This document shows, piece by piece, positions 25,522 through 41,102 of a stretch of 64,000 bases of DNA. The translations under genes were made by a program, and so were the position numbers. The DNA comes from Octopus vulgaris (Eukaryota), in NCBI GenBank assembly GCA_951406725.2, contig OX597817.1, positions 21,080,001 through 21,144,000 on the forward strand, read 5' to 3'. Every line of letters starts with the position of its first letter. Positions within the stretch are counted from its first letter, which is position 1. Below the pieces are notes generated by a model, which was given only the letters and a program-made list of their open reading frames with translations, searched no databases and was not told the DNA's origin.

Positions 25522-26600
25522 TCTTCATACATATCTCTCGTCTTGGGAGACCAAGAATCAGAAAAAGGAAACCTTTCGAAAGAAGAACTTTGAAACTAGA
25601 ATCAAAATTAATGCTAGGATTTAATTGTTAATTCAGGAAGACTACTGCTGGATCAAGAGAAAAAGATGATGCGTTGTTATAGAGCTGAAATATAACGTAA
25701 ACACAGCATTTCACATTGCTTTCATACGTATGGAAATTATGGGGTCAACAATCTAATACGAATTACCATGATTTAAATTGCCAACGATATAATAGTAATG
25801 ATTAAGTAGCTTAAAAGACTGAGTACTTTAAAAGGCAGAGCTCAATTTTGCCTTTTATTCTTTGGGATCAATTAAATAAGTATCAGCATTGGGGACGATT
25901 TGATCGACTTACTGACTTACTTGCTTGCCTGGTGTCTTGCATGACTTTGCTTGTCTGACATATAAGTAGGATGTTTTGAGAGTGGGGATCTGTAATTTTT
26001 ACTATACGCAAAAACATGAATATGCTACAAATATTTTATATCGCGAACACTGAAAGAACAAAGTATCGCGCACAGGTTTCCAGGTATTATGTTGGAACTT
26101 TATATTTCTGACGGCAAATGTGGCAGCGCATTGAACATGGAAAACACATGATCGCAAGGCAGAATTGTTAAATAAAACTTGGTGCTTGCTCTCAGATGTC
26201 ATACAGTTTTTTTTTTATCCTTTTGTATTCACGGTTTTACTTTCTCTTTTACTTACATCGTAGGAGTTTATTTCCTATGACGCATAAAACGAAGGCATTT
26301 TGACTTTGTGAATATACATAAAAGGAATTTTTACAACGAATGTTACATGTCTGCTGTATGATTAAAAGAACACATCCATACAAGATTGGTATAAGTGTGT
26401 TTCAACATTAACGCATTCATGTGGTTTGTAACTTTCTCACAACGCATGTTTCTAAACATTTCTAAAGGTGTTTTAACATTTCAGCAGGGTTTCCGAATCC
26501 GAGGGCTTACTTTCCCACAAAGACACTCGCAGACAGACACAAATTTGCACATAAATGGGTATAAAACTTTTTATACTAAACACATATCTGCTCGTATGGA

Positions 26601-26675
<75 letters not shown>

Positions 26676-26736
26676 ATATATATAGAGATAGATAGATAGA
26701 TAGATAGATAGATCGATATAAAACAAGGAACATATT

Positions 26737-26771
<35 letters not shown>

Positions 26772-27059
26772 GCACACATATATCGTGTAGGTTTGATGCA
26801 AGAATAAAAACCATTTTAAAATATTACAAAATATATTAAAAGAAAATGAAAGAAAGAGATATGTGAGCGTAAACGACAGAAAAGCAGGAAAACTATGAGG
26901 GAGACATCAGGTCGAGACATCGTTCCATCTAAATTTTGATCGATCGATCCAATGGTATATATCAATATGACTTCAGATCAAACACTAAACAACAACTGAT
27001 GCATATCCAAACTGCACGGATGTATTAAAACAAATATAGAAACAAAAAGAATAGTAAAC

Positions 27060-27400
27060 ATCATTATTACAATTATTATTATTATTTTGATTAATTTTAT
27101 CATTATTTTCCTAACGCTCATTGTTCATTCTGTTATTATTATTATCATTATTATTATTAGTGTTATGATTATTATTATTGTTGTTATCATCATCATCATC
27201 ATCATCGTCATCACCATCATCATTGTCGTCGTCGTCATCATCATCATCATCATCCACTTCCCTTTCCTCCTCCTCCTCATCATCATCATCATCATCGTCA
27301 CCTTCATCACCACATCATTATTATTATTAATATTATCATTGTTGTTGTTGCTGATGTTGTTGTTGTTATTATTATTTTTTTCATATTTTTATTATTATTA

Positions 27401-27456
<56 letters not shown>

Positions 27457-27545
27457 ATTATTATTATTATTATTATTATCATTATTATTATTATTAGTGT
27501 TATGATTATTATTATTGTCATGAATGTTATTGTTATTACAAAAAA
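27060..27545. repeat. Compound trinucleotide microsatellite (TTA/ATC/GTT)
   Basis: Direct reading. Confidence 0.9.
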
Positions 27546-27983
27546 TAGTGATAATGACAAGGAATAAAGAATTAAAACGAAATATGTAAATTAACAATAA
27601 AATAGCCAAAAAAAGGGCAAAGCATCACTGGAATCAGTTGTATCCATTTTACATCTCCTATCTGATGGAATTATATACCTCTGAAGCACTCGAAGCATGA
27701 TGATTGTAAGTGCATGGAACGACCTCTGTTCTGAACCTACTGTATTATTTAGATGTTGTTCATGTTATCATCATTGTGGTTGTTATTTATCATGTTTTTT
27801 GGTTTTGTTGTTGTTATTGTTTTATTGTTGTTGTTACAACAGTTGTTGTAGCAGATATTGCAGATGCCATGCTGCTATTAGTGGTTACTTTGCCATTTGA
27901 TACCCTTTATATGTTGTTTTGGCTTTTGACATTATGTATGTAAGCGTGTGATTCCATGCATATATACGTATCTACACAAATTC

Positions 27984-28093
<110 letters not shown>

Positions 28094-28448
28094 GCAAAGA
28101 TACACACATATGTATGCATGTACAGTGGAAGGTGTGTTTTGTTCTGAGTGCGAGTGTGCAAATATTTCTATGGCCATATACACATTCATATGTATACATC
28201 TGCCATTGAACATACGTATATTTATTAACGAGTGATATATAGATACGCACATATATTTATCCGTAGGTGTATATGTATGCGTGAGCTGTGTACATATTTA
28301 CATCAGTGTACATACACGTATATGCATGCATCTATACCTGATCAACACATATTTAAATATGACTGATGCACACACACACACACACGCATATATATATATA
28401 TATATATATATACATACATACATACATACATATATATGTATATATATA

Positions 28449-28494
<46 letters not shown>

Positions 28495-28495
28495 A

Positions 28496-28541
<46 letters not shown>

Positions 28542-29323
28542 TTGTGGTTGTGTCTTTGTGCATATGTTTATATTCGTGTGTATATGTACGTGCGCATTTC
28601 AATTGAAATGTTTATGCTTCGATGAGTCAGTTGACAACATCCCTTCAAAGTACTGTTCTCTCAATTGTTCACTCCCTCTCCTCCTTACAATTTCCTTTTC
28701 ACATTATCGGTCTTTCACTCTATCTATCTATCTATTTATATTGCATTCTCTTTTACATCTTCTACATATACCTAGCTATTATCATTCTATTTTTCGCATT
28801 GATCTGTTATAATTCCCTGCGGGGTGGTTAACTTTCTGGTTGTTACAAATCTCGGCGGTATTTTTTAAAATATTCATGATATTCAAAACTGCCTTATCAA
28901 GCGGCATTTTTATTTATATTTTATAAAATAGAGGTTTCTTTTTTTGGTCCTTCGTTTCTTTCTAACTTGTATATTATGTTGATTATTTCCTTCGTTTTTA
29001 CACGTAGTTTGGAAGGATTTTTCAAAGTGCTGCGGTATATAGAAGATATTTCTCCTCTCAAATAAACATACATACGTACGTGAGTACGTACATATGGATT
29101 GCGGGATAAAAAAGGGATGTAGCGATAAATGCATGCATACAGAGATGCAAACACATACCACACTAAAATACGCACACACATATATGTATATGTATGTGTG
29201 TATGTATGTATGCATGTATGTGTGTATATATATATCCATACAAATACACACATACACATGTATACATATATTTATATATACATGCATATATATATATGTT
29301 TATATATGTATATACATATATTT

Positions 29324-29365
<42 letters not shown>

Positions 29366-29419
29366 TAGTATATTTACATATACACAGATAGTTAGATGTA
29401 CGAAGACGGTTTACTATCT

Positions 29420-29478
<59 letters not shown>

Positions 29479-30208
29479 CATCAATTCAAATATGACGTAC
29501 GTCTATGTGTTCGCTTCGAGGAATCATGTCAATTTCCACATATATTTGTGAAACGTTGAACCTAAGCATATACGTGTGCTCTGTGTATGTGTGTATGTAT
29601 GCATGTCTGTGTATGTATGCATGTGTGTGTGTGTGTGGAGTGGTAGATGGATAGATAATTAAGTGTTTAGATAGATTGATAGATTCTCAAATATACGTAT
29701 TTACATGTATATTTACATACGTGTACATATATATTTAGTATCAATTTATATAAAAGTATATATAATGAATAACAATTAATATATACACACATTGAGTGAG
29801 AGCGTGCGGATGTGACGTGTGTGTTAGTATTAGCTTGAAATATCAGAAATAGATCTTCTTAGAAACCTGTAAGATAATTAACATGCAATAATAAATACAG
29901 TGATGTTTATATAGTTGGAAGAGCGGAAATATTTGAAAGCAAAATTGAAATATGAAATAAATGAAGGAACTTTCAGATTTGAAATACATAACTATAAATA
30001 TCAACTATAAGGTCTTCTCTTGTTTGAATAAACTATAAATAAACACGGTATTCTGCTTTTCCTTTTGGAATTCTTTTTCTATATTTGGAAAGAAATTCAT
30101 TGGAGAGTGGAACCAATAATATGGACATGATTGTACCATCTAAACTCTAAGGAACCTGTGAAGAATCATCAATGTTAATGAAAGAAATGTTTTTGATATT
30201 GTCAATTC

Positions 30209-32441
30209 TACTGGTCAATAATTTTTGGAAAATCATGTGCTCATTAACAAGGATTGGTTAATTCTTATGCAATTCCATGTCCTGAATCCAAATATCACCT
30301 TGAAAGATAATTATTACCAATAGGCTTAAATATACACAACGGAATATTTGATTATTTTATTATAATGTTGAATACATGTCAAGCTCTAGTCCATATCTAC
30401 TCTCTGCATTTTTGCTTGACTCTTACCAATGTCCAGCAATAGTCTGCAAGCATTTTTGTGCTCCATTTGCTGTGGTACCGCTTTTCCATGTTTCAAATAT
30501 TTTGGTGAAACGTTTCACTATACTCCTCACTAACTGCGTAACAGTTCGCTGGATAAAAAAAAATCTAAAAGTGAGTCCAGAACGTGGAATTTTACTGACA
30601 TGTTACATCGCATGATTTTGCAAGCCTTGTTGAGATTTTCCACCAATTCTTAATGGTTTCTTTCCCTTCTGTTTCCGAGAAATCCTTCGCCGCTAACTTG
30701 TATGATTCCCAAGCAGCTTTCTTCTCTCCGTCAAGAGTTAAGGGAAAGTCATCATCTTTAAGAAGCTCTTGATTCTGAGGATCAATGAAGACTCCCTCCT
30801 TTATTTTAGCGTCGCTAAGTAAGTGGGAGTTTTGATATTAAATACTCAAATCCCTAATTTGATTGTTCCATAGCTTTTGTAAAATTTAACATGAGCCTTA
30901 GTTTTATCTGTAATGGTGGTAGCAAAATTTAGTTTAGTTCAGTGAGAGGTAGATATTCAACCTTATTATTTCTATTTCCAATAATTGACGAAGTGGACAG
31001 TCTCTCATGATATAGATGGAACTTCTTGCATGGCTGACGAAAGCGGCAGTATTTTCTGTATCCGCCTTGCATGTCCATCACAAGAGCAACCACCTTTAAG
31101 TCACCACTGAGCTGCCCTTGATTTCCATCATATTTTATACATTGCAGCATATGCTTTATTTTGTCATAAGCTCCTTTTATATGTGATGCATAACGCAGAG
31201 GAACTGATGGATCACTATTGCTATTATGCAGCAAGGCACGTTTCGGACTAGTGTTTGATGAATATGTGAACAGCCACCGTTGACTAGTATCGTATTCAAT
31301 ACCGGGCCAATTATTCAATGTCTATTATGTAGAAATTGCTGAACTGCAGCTGACGGTCACGAATTTTGAAATCTTCACATAAGCTGCAAGAGATTCCATT
31401 GTTGAAGATGAGAGCCTGGCAACCCTGCTTATTCTTAGGTAGTTGCGGGTCATTGAGTTCCTCTTGTGTTATGAGATATTGTCTAGAGGAGTGTGCTTCG
31501 TTAAAATTTATGTCATTCTGCAATCCAGCACCGTCATCATTTTCTGCTTCCCCCTCACCATTTCCTCATCTGGCTCAAATGATACTGAATTTGGTGCATT
31601 AAGAATAGGTAGATCTTTTCTATGTGAAACTGGGCTAATTTTTTAATGGAATGTTTGGATATTCAATGGAGAACATTTTATTCTTTGACAAGCCTTTATT
31701 TCTTACTGATGGTACCATGCAGAAATGACAAATGCTGGCATGGTCTGTTGGCTCACAGCACATCATTCTTTCCTTCTTCCTGTTCAACCATTGGTGAAGG
31801 TTAGTAGGACAAGTGTTGCTTCATATGTGAGGAGCCCTCTACTTATCCTAGTCACAAGACTTGCATCCAAAATATAGGTGATATGCCTTTCTAACCAGAC
31901 TTACCATACGGTGCTTCAGGGATGCAAAAGTCACCTCAGTACGAATGTAGCAGAGGTCGTCTGCCTTATTCACATCTGAAAGAAGAAAGCAAGCAATTAG
32001 AATATATCCAGAACATACATTCATAAATTCATCATTAGAATATAAAGTAAGCCAGCTTAGCAGAAGTTTTTTTTATCGTTCAGCGGGAAAATAAAATTAA
32101 TATACAGTGCTTCAAACCCATTGAATAACTTATTCATTGAATATTTATTTTAAGTTGAAAAAGTATTTGACTAGAAAATCGCCTACTTTTTACCCCAATA
32201 TACATACATTTGCACAGCACAACCACCTCCTATGACTGTTGGAACAATACTGAAGGGCAGCAGGACTGTGAGTGTTGTAAGAATCAAACTGCCACAAGCA
32301 CGTTGGAACCTGTGGTGTCACGTACGTGTATCTTGAAAAGTAGAGATAATCAGTTTTAACCATTATAAACATTATCAGTGACCTAAATTTAGTTGGAAAT
32401 TGCTACTCTGGTCTCCGAAGTATTTTGGTTGGTGACCAGTA
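30209..32441 (-). mobile_element. Degenerate Chapaev3-like (CMC superfamily) DNA transposon
   Basis: Fragments DDLCYI...RKAYHLYFGCK, GDLKVVALVMDMQGGYRKYC, PPLQIKL..MLNFTKAM, LSDAKIKEGVFIDPQ, AAWESYK, KIPRSGL, VKRFTK; many stops; candidate short TIR tactggtca at 30209-30217 and 32433-32441. Confidence 0.7.
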
Positions 32442-33352
32442 CTATCAATATTTGGTGGATGTTCACTCCAGTGACAAATTCGTTCCAGTCTTAGCGATTG
32501 AATTGCCGCAACCTATCATGGCATGTGGTCGATTGTTGGGCTTTATGGACATATTTCTATATGATTAAGAGACTGCTCAGATTTTGCAGGTAATGCCGTG
32601 TAAGTTTTTTTTTTATTGTGATTTGATGAGTCATTACCTGGCCTTAATTTGTTTGATGGTAAACTAGTTTTCATTTTTAATTGAACAATTTTAGCTTGAT
32701 TCACATATCCTTCCATTACGTCACTGCTACTCTAGCCTCTATTTCAAATACTTTCATTTCTTTCAATACATTCCATAGACTTTTCAGTTGTTTTTGTTAT
32801 GTATTTATATTTTTCTAATCTTCATTATGTTTACTCAGTATCCTCGATAATCTACAAAAGAATTTTCACAATAGTTTTCTGGTTGCAAAAACATGCTGTT
32901 TACCTAAAAGCCTGTTAAACGTATTACCATAACAAATTTTTATGCTGAATTCTACAAGCAATTACAACACATATCGATTTCCTGTCTACCGTTGCTAAAT
33001 ACGATTATCCTCTAATTGAGAATATACCAGTTACAACTTATTACTGGTATAACTAAGATGGTAATCGCTGTTACGTTATTTGTTGAATTTATCGCTATTT
33101 TATGTATTTATCTATCGTGTCTAAAATATTTCTTCCTTATATTTTACATTGAACCATGTAATATTTAGTTGACTGATTCTTTTAAGTATTTGCTAATTTG
33201 TGTTTTTGATTCAATTTTCTTATCTGATTGTTATTCATGTTTATTTAGTAGCGCGTCTGTACATTTATTTGTACATATCGATGTTATAAACACAAGACTG
33301 TTCAGTGCTCTTATGAAGTATTTGTATTACACTCTACTATTCCTTAGTATGA

Positions 33353-33737
33353 CGGAAGCACTCCGTCGGTTACGACGACGAGGGTTCCGGTTGATCCGAA
33401 TCAACGGAACAGCCTGCTCGTGAAATTAACGTGTAAGTGGCTGAGCACTCCACAGACACGTGTACCCTTAACGTAGTTCTCGGGAATATTCAGCGTGACA
33501 CAGAGAGTGACAAGGCCGGCCCTTTGAAATACAGGTACAACAGAAACAGGAAGTAAGAGTGAGAGAAAGTTGTGGTGAAAGAGTACAACAGGGGTCGCCA
33601 CCATCCCCTGCCGGAGCATCGTGGAGCTTTAGGTGTTTTCGCTCAATAAACACTCACAACGCCCGGTCTGGGAATCGAAACCACGATCCTATGACCGCGA
33701 GTCCGCTGCCCTAACCACCGGGCCATTGCGCTTCCAC
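33353..33737 (-). mobile_element. tRNA-derived SINE, family B, full length
   Basis: tRNA-Arg-like head (TCG loop); 12-bp TSD tccttagtatga at 33341-33352 and 33738-33749. Confidence 0.9.
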
Positions 33738-34257
33738 TCCTTAGTATGATGATTACCGCAAATAGAATAAGAGTTGTCAGAGACAAACTCTTAGAGAGAT
33801 GGAGATAAATTTCATAGTGTTTTTATGTGAGCATGTAGAATTGTTTTGCCATTTAATGTGTTTAATATGTCTGCTTGTTAGTGGAATTCCTGCAATTTTT
33901 TACTTGTGGCTAATATTGTCTATGTCACGTGTAACACCTTTAAAACTTTACTATCTCTACTCAATGCTCTTTCTCCATCTACATCTTTCACGTATGTTTT
34001 TTTGTTGAAAATTGATGCACATCTATGAAAATGAAATTTCTTTGCAAATGAAATTGTCTGATATATTTCTTTTACCCATATATTTCCTTTACCTAGTAAG
34101 CAATATTATTTCTTTTACTTAGTAAACATTGCGATTTCTTTCATTTAATATGCATTATTTTCAGTGCTTCTGCCTGGAATAATTCTAATTACGAAATAAA
34201 ATACATTACTATACTACATGAGCACATTGTTCAAAGAGTTGTTTTTAGTGTTGTTAT

Positions 34258-35008
34258 AAGGCGTCGAGTTGGCAGAATCGTTAGGACGCCGGACGAAATA
34301 CTTACCGGTATTTCGTCTGCCGCTACGTTCTGAGTTCAAATTCCGCCGAGGTTGACTTTGCCTTTCATGCTTTCGGGGTCGATATAATCGACTTAATCTG
34401 TTTGTCTGTCCTTGTTTGTCCTCTCTGAGTTTTGCTCCTTGTGGGTGGTAAAGAAATAGGTATTTCGTCTGCCGCTACGTTCTGAGTTCAAATTCCGCCG
34501 AGGTCGACTTTGCCTTTTATGCTTTCGGGGTCGATATAATCGACTTAATCCCTTTGTCTGTCCTTGTTTGTCCTCTCTGTGTTTAGCCCCTTGTGGGTAG
34601 TAAAGAAATATGTATTTCTTCTTTCGCTACGTTCTGAGTTCAAATTCCGCCGAGGTCGACTTTACCATTCATCCTTTCGAGGTAGATAAAATAAGTACCA
34701 GTTGAGTACTGGGATCGCTGTAATCGACTTAACCCTTTCCCTTGAAATTTCCCGCTTTGTGCCTATAGTAGAAAGGATTATTTTAAAGACGGTGAGCTGG
34801 CAGAAACGTTAGCAAGCTGGGCGAAATGCTTAGCGGTATTTCGTTTGTCTTTACGTTCTCAGTTCAAATTCCGCCGAGGTCGACTTTGCCTTTCATCTTT
34901 TAGATGTCGATAAATTAAGTAGCAGTTGCGTATTGGGCTCGATCTAATCGACGGACCCCCTTTTCCAGAAATATCGGGTCTTGTGCTTAGAATAGAAAAG
35001 TATATTAT
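34258..35008 (+). mobile_element. SINE family A cluster (trimeric copy plus a second copy)
   Basis: Four repeats of the agttcaaattccgccgagg module; heads at 34258 and about 34787. Confidence 0.88.
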
Positions 35009-35239
35009 TTCATTCAAAGCTGGTCGTAATGATGATCATGTCAAATTTATTACCTGCAAGGCTGTTTTACCTTCGTGGTTTGTTGTTGTTTCATTGCTGT
35101 TTCCATTTTTATTTAGTTATGTTTTAGCTGAAACAGAAATTTTCTTCAGGTCTCTACGGGTTTTTCTAGGAACATTGACGCTTTAGTGTTTCTAGGGAAT
35201 GGTACATTCTGGGTACATATTCAAATTGCGTGGGTCTAG

Positions 35240-36540
35240 AGGATAGGAAAAACGGATACACAAGTCTCACAGACCGGGTAAGCGATTCCTACTGTGCGAG
35301 ATACTAACCAAATTTCTCGGGTGCCTCACTATGGGCTTGGAGGAACCGCATTGTGTCATCCAGATAATATCTAAGGAATTCACTAGGATAGTGATGATAG
35401 CATAGGTTATTTACAATTTAAATACTTGTTTACGCAGGCCACACCGCCGGAGTGGTGTAAAAATCTCATTGCAGGTTAGGAAATTCGGAAAACATAATTC
35501 CGTTACATGGCAGTCAAATCACCTGGTTTGGATATTCTGACCTGCATCTATACTTTTACAATCCTGACTTGTTTGGAGATGTTTTGGCAGATATCAACTA
35601 CAATTTTCAGATAAAGAAGTCATGTGACTCGATGTACGGTGGCGTTGCTAAGAAAGGATCTCAAGAAAATAAGTTTTTGTTTATAAAGTTATCATTCACA
35701 AATTCCAAAGATTTCCGAAAATTCTTGAGCAAAGTGCTCGCAAAAATCAGAGATACTCGAATTGGTAATGTAAAAAAATGCGCCATCTCGGAATGATCTA
35801 TGCACGATAAAACTTCATTTCATACGATAAATCGTAGAGAGTGGTAATCGATCCCAGGTAAATTCTTCATGAATGGAAGAGCAGTCACCCAGAACTGCCC
35901 GAAATGTTCACCGAACGACGGAATTGTCTTGCACGTTCTCAACCAGTAATGGATTATTGCTTACTTCTCGAGTTAAGCCGAACTTCTTTGGTCGCGTACT
36001 GAACGGATCCGTCTATCAACTATCTCCATTATGAAAACCGTCATTTCACTTTATTTTGGCTGCGAAAGACAGGCAGATATTATAACCCTCAACTGGACTT
36101 AGCTAAATAGATTGTGCCGTTGACCAAACTGAAAGGACAGATGACAAACGCATTCTTGTTTGTCAGAGACCTCACCAATTTCAATTTAAACTTGCAAAGG
36201 ATGCTGCAGGTGAAGTGGAAAGCGCTTTGAAGCAAAAATGTGGAAAAGAGGATTGTTGTAGCGCAAGTTTCAAGGACTGCCTTGAGCTCGGGACTTTAGA
36301 TTGTGGGAGGAAAATGGAAAGAGGGTTGTCAGTCAACAGGCCGGGATCATGGTCTTGTAGGTTTACCGAAAGTAGCCCTCAGAGGTCTCCACACATTTGT
36401 GGAATGCATCCTTGTTTCTCTATCCGTTTCCCTCTGATTGTGCTCTTCTATGACTTTATGTATCTCCAATACTGTGTTTTGTTATATCATCCTCTACCAT
36501 CCCTCTTTTTGTAAGCCCTCACTGGTTGTTAAAGAAATAA
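35240..36540 (+). mobile_element. Degenerate L1/Tx1-like LINE 3' region
   Basis: Zinc-knuckle remnant NCPKCSPNDGIVLHVLNQ near 35893-35947; relatively GC-rich; pyrimidine-rich 3' end. Confidence 0.45.
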
Positions 36541-36544
36541 TCCT

Positions 36545-36845
36545 CATTATGATCATCGTCGTTGTCATCATCATATCATTATTATTATTATCATTCTTCT
36601 TCTTCTTCTTCTTCTTCTTCTTCTTCTTCTTCTTCTTCTTCTTCTTCTTCTTCTTCTTCTTCTCCTCCTTCTTCTTCTTCTTCTTTCTTCTTTCTTCTTC
36701 TTCTTTCATGTTCTTCTTCTTTTTATTATTATTATTTGTATTGCAATTCTTTGTAAAGTAGTATTATCTTATCATTATTTGTAGTGAAAAGGAATTATCA
36801 TCTTTGCTGTTATTATATATGATTGTTAGTTGTCGTCGTCGACGC

Positions 36846-36889
<44 letters not shown>

Positions 36890-37070
36890 CAGCAGCCGCA
36901 GTAGAAATGGTGGTGGTGGTAGTGTTTCTGTTTGCGTTAGTGGTTGTGGTGGTGTGGTGGTGGTGGTGGTGGATGTGGTGGATGTGGTGGTGGTGGTGGT
37001 GGTGGTGGTGGTGGTGGTTGTGGTAGCGGTGGTAGCGGTGGTAGTGGTGGTGGTCGTGATGGTGACGGTG
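36545..37070. repeat. Compound microsatellite (TTC)n/(TAG)n/(TGG)n
   Basis: Direct reading. Confidence 0.92.
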
Positions 37071-38190
37071 TGCTTGTTAGGCGAACAAGTTGTACCGGGT
37101 TGAGAAGAATGAATTTAAATATGTATAAAAGAGTCAAAATTCTCTTTAAACATTGATTTTTTCCTCTGCTCAATATTAGAAGTTACATTTTATGAAAAAC
37201 CATCATTCATATTTTTTAATTACTTTTAGACTTTAGAAATTCATGAAACTGTTTAACATTATTGACTATCTCGCCATCCATCTATTCAGCCATCCGACTA
37301 CTTAAACAATAATAATGTTAAAACTACTACGATATGATTTCGGGGGTAATGTTTGTTTAATTATTGTTCTGCTGATAACGCTGCTTCTAGTATTTAAGAT
37401 GATGTTGAAGACGAGGATGATGATGGTAGTGGTGATTGTGATTGAGGCAGCGGCGGTGGCGGCGGTGTTGATAGTAGTGATAATTTTGGTGGTGGTGCTG
37501 GATGTGGTGGTGGTGATAAAGTGTTTGAGGAAGATCTTGTTAATGCAAAGGAGCAGGAGGATATTAACGAAGCCCGCAATGAGGATGATGAATGATACAA
37601 TAGCACAGAAGCAAGATTTTGTATTATCGATTAATTCATTCCAATACACATACGGCAATTATTTTATCCCAAGTTTATGAACGACAAATTCGATCCTGGT
37701 TGGATTTTAAGTCGGAACAATAAAGAAATGTTTTGTAATGCTTTTCATTGATGTAAATTAATTGCGCAGAACCATATACGACGGGCTAAGCATTGTCCAT
37801 TAAAGACAATATAGGGACGTTGTTGTGACGTCATACTTCTGTAAATCAGGCCTATCGAACATCAAAGCCTAAGTTATCCCTATTTTGACGCACATATTTC
37901 CGTATTTAGCATCGAACAAATTGGCAAGATCTATTATCGCCTTCACTATATTAACTACACTGTCATTCCCAGACGTCTCTTGAAGACCATTTAGTAAATA
38001 ACTTTCTAATATTGTTCAGAATGCATTTGTTTGGCGAGTATTTCAGTTAGACATTACCTAATGCTCTCGCTCTATGTGTTTATATTAATCAGTTTCATGC
38101 AATCCATGAAAGCGCCATAGGTATTTCAGATGCTAGGGTATTGAAGCATGTCTGCTGCGTGTATTACATTTCTTTTGCAGCTGCATTTGA

Positions 38191-38260
<70 letters not shown>

Positions 38261-39310
38261 GCGTTTTGTTAGGCTTTTCTATTTTATGTCCTACTTGCAA
38301 AATTTGCTCTTGCTCTTTCTTTTGCACTTTTTTGTCGCTGACATTGGTGTACAGCCACTGTTCGGCTCCTATTCATCAGATCTATGATTTGTATGCAGTC
38401 AACTGTTTCTGGTACAATCTAAAATAGATTTAGCTGCAAATTTAGCAGGCTAAACTAAGTTGGTTGTCTCTACATTATGTTGTTAAATATTTTCTGTGCT
38501 CTTGACTCGGATGTTCTTAAATATATTGGTATACATGCAGTCATTTTTTTTATGCCTTTCTCGCTATTCTTTGTTTAAATTTTCTCATGCTGCTTTCATT
38601 GTTGCCAACGTAGTTTCCGAATGATTTTAGTTGAGAGTTTCATAAGAGTTCTCTCATATTTTTCTCCAATGTTACGTTCATCATTTTCTGTGTTGATTTT
38701 GGTAGTGCCACCCTGTATCAATCCTCTTAAGTGACAAATTGTTACTTGAAGTGCATAATTTCAAAAGAAAGTTTGATTTCACTAAAAATATGTACTGTTA
38801 CTATTGGCGTAGATGTTATATTTGTAATAAAGCCAAACTTTCGGTGATTTATCAGTAAGGATTGAGCTGCGATTCATTGAGGATATTTCAAAAACTTATT
38901 GTTATAAACACCAGCTGGGATTCTTATTCAATAAAATATAGTGGTGTGTTATCTTGTGTTCCCAAAACTTGGATTCAGTTAACTAGTTGACCATTTTTCA
39001 GAGAATGAAACAGCGAAATTACGAATTGCCTGGCAATTTCTCTCGACACAGCCTTCACGGTCCAGACCCTGGCTAATGACACATCCATTGACATCACTTT
39101 AAAGATGTTTCAGTTTGATGAAGCTTCGACATATATACTTTCGGATGAGGAAGAATCAATCAGTAATAGACGAGAATTTACATTTGTCCTATTCTCTCTT
39201 GAATATATTTCGTATATTTAACTATACTTCAGTAATGATACCGCAGTAATGATATTTGTTGGGCATTACAGCGGACATAGCTTGTCGTTTGGATAATTTT
39301 GCTATCGGCT

Positions 39311-39767
39311 ACTCTTTTACTCTTTTACTTGTTTTAGTCATTTGACTACGGCAATGATGGAGCACCGCCTTTAGTCGAGCAAATCGACCCCGGGACTTAT
39401 TCTTTGTAAGCCTAGTACTTATTCTATCGGTTTCTTTCTCATTGAACCGCTAAGTTACGGGGACGTAAACACACCAGTGTCGGTTGTCAAGCGATATTGG
39501 GGAACAAACACAGACACACAAACATACACACACACACACACACACACACAGACACACACACACACAAACACACACACACATATATATATATATATACATA
39601 TATACGACGGGCTTCTTTCAGATTCCGTCTACCAAATCCACTCACAAGGCTTTGGTCGGCCCGAGGTTATAGTAGAAGACACTTGCCCAAGGTGCCACGC
39701 AGTGAGACTGAACACAGAACCATGTGGTTGGTAAGTAAGCTACTTACTACATAGCCGCACCTACGCC
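39311..39767 (-). mobile_element. tRNA-derived SINE, family C
   Basis: Reverse-complement homolog of 20002-20411. Confidence 0.88.
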
Positions 39768-41102
39768 TTGTGAAAATGTTAGTGGTAATTATTTTACTAT
39801 TCTAGTACCTTTAACCATCAACTTTTACATCTGTGGTTCTATTTACTGTACAGGTATTCTTTAAATTTTCCTCGTTTTCAGAGAGCAGCAAATGCCTGTA
39901 TGCTAGCAAAATTCCCGTTAAGGATATAATATTTCAGCTGCCTACAATACTAAACCACAAATCTTTCTCGAAAAAAATATTGACAATTGCTAACGTTCTG
40001 GCTCTGATTGTTGCTATCGAAATATTTCTGACAATCTCGGAAAATAGTAAAAAAAAGTCTCTACTAATTATTCAGGTTGTCATCGTCGTCGTCGTGGTTG
40101 CTGATGTTGTTGGTATTATTGGTGTCATTTTTATGAAGAGTATTGGCAGATTTATTGGTGTTTGTAATATTAGTGATATTTTTTAGGCTCATTGTTTTTT
40201 TTTAACATTTTTATAAATGTTGTTTTGTGACAGCTGTTATTGTTGTTATCTTTTAATTATTTTTGGCGATATATTTTTATTATCGTTTTCGCCGTCATCG
40301 TCGTTGTTTTTGGTTTAGCTGCTGATATTTTTCGGTGGTTTTAGTGGTAGTGGTGGTAGTGGTGGTAGCAGTGATGTTTTATTTGTTAAACTAGCTGACT
40401 GATTTCTGCAATTTTTGTTCCATTAGCAATGTGTTTTATTTAATCTTATGTTGTATAAATTTTTAATTACCCTTAGTGATATTATTGTCATTGGTGACAG
40501 TTTATTTGTCCTGTTTAATTCTTCACAGCTTTCCTTGTGGTGTTAGCTGTTGGGGGTAGTAGTTCGGAATGGGTGCGCTGATGGCAATCGACTACAAAGA
40601 CACACAAATATTTTGGGTGTACGTGGGAGGGGATAATATTTCCTTTTTCTAATTAAGTACAGTTTGGATTTTTTAAAATCACGTTTGAGATAATATTCTT
40701 GAATGCGGCTTTATAGGAGGAACGATGGAACAACACTAAATAACAGATTCAATGATGATTTACTACTAGTTATTCAAGGTGAATAGTGCCATCTGTCTCA
40801 AACAAAATGAGAGCAATAGATCATATTTGTTGCGACATTAAGTATTCAGAAGATTATGGCAGTAACTGAAGAAAGTACTTTGTCAGTATAATATTCGGAA
40901 AAAGTTGAATCTGCTAACACAAAGTGAAAATTAACATAAGTGAAGAAATACATTATCAAATGTATGAATGAATGGAACGAAATGTATTTTACAAAATCAA
41001 GACAAAAAAATCAACAATTGAAGCAATACCATTAAATGTACATAAAAATAATAATTATTATTATAACGACACCATTATCAACATAAACAACAAAATATTA
41101 AG

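Noticed and set aside
34258-35008. Regularly repeated modules resembling a CRISPR-like array
   Set aside because: Multimerised SINE bodies in eukaryotic DNA; no unique spacers and no cas genes
38262-39170. Possible R4/Dong-like or RTE LINE fossil next to (TTA)n
   Set aside because: Only faint motif resemblance; too decayed to call by eye
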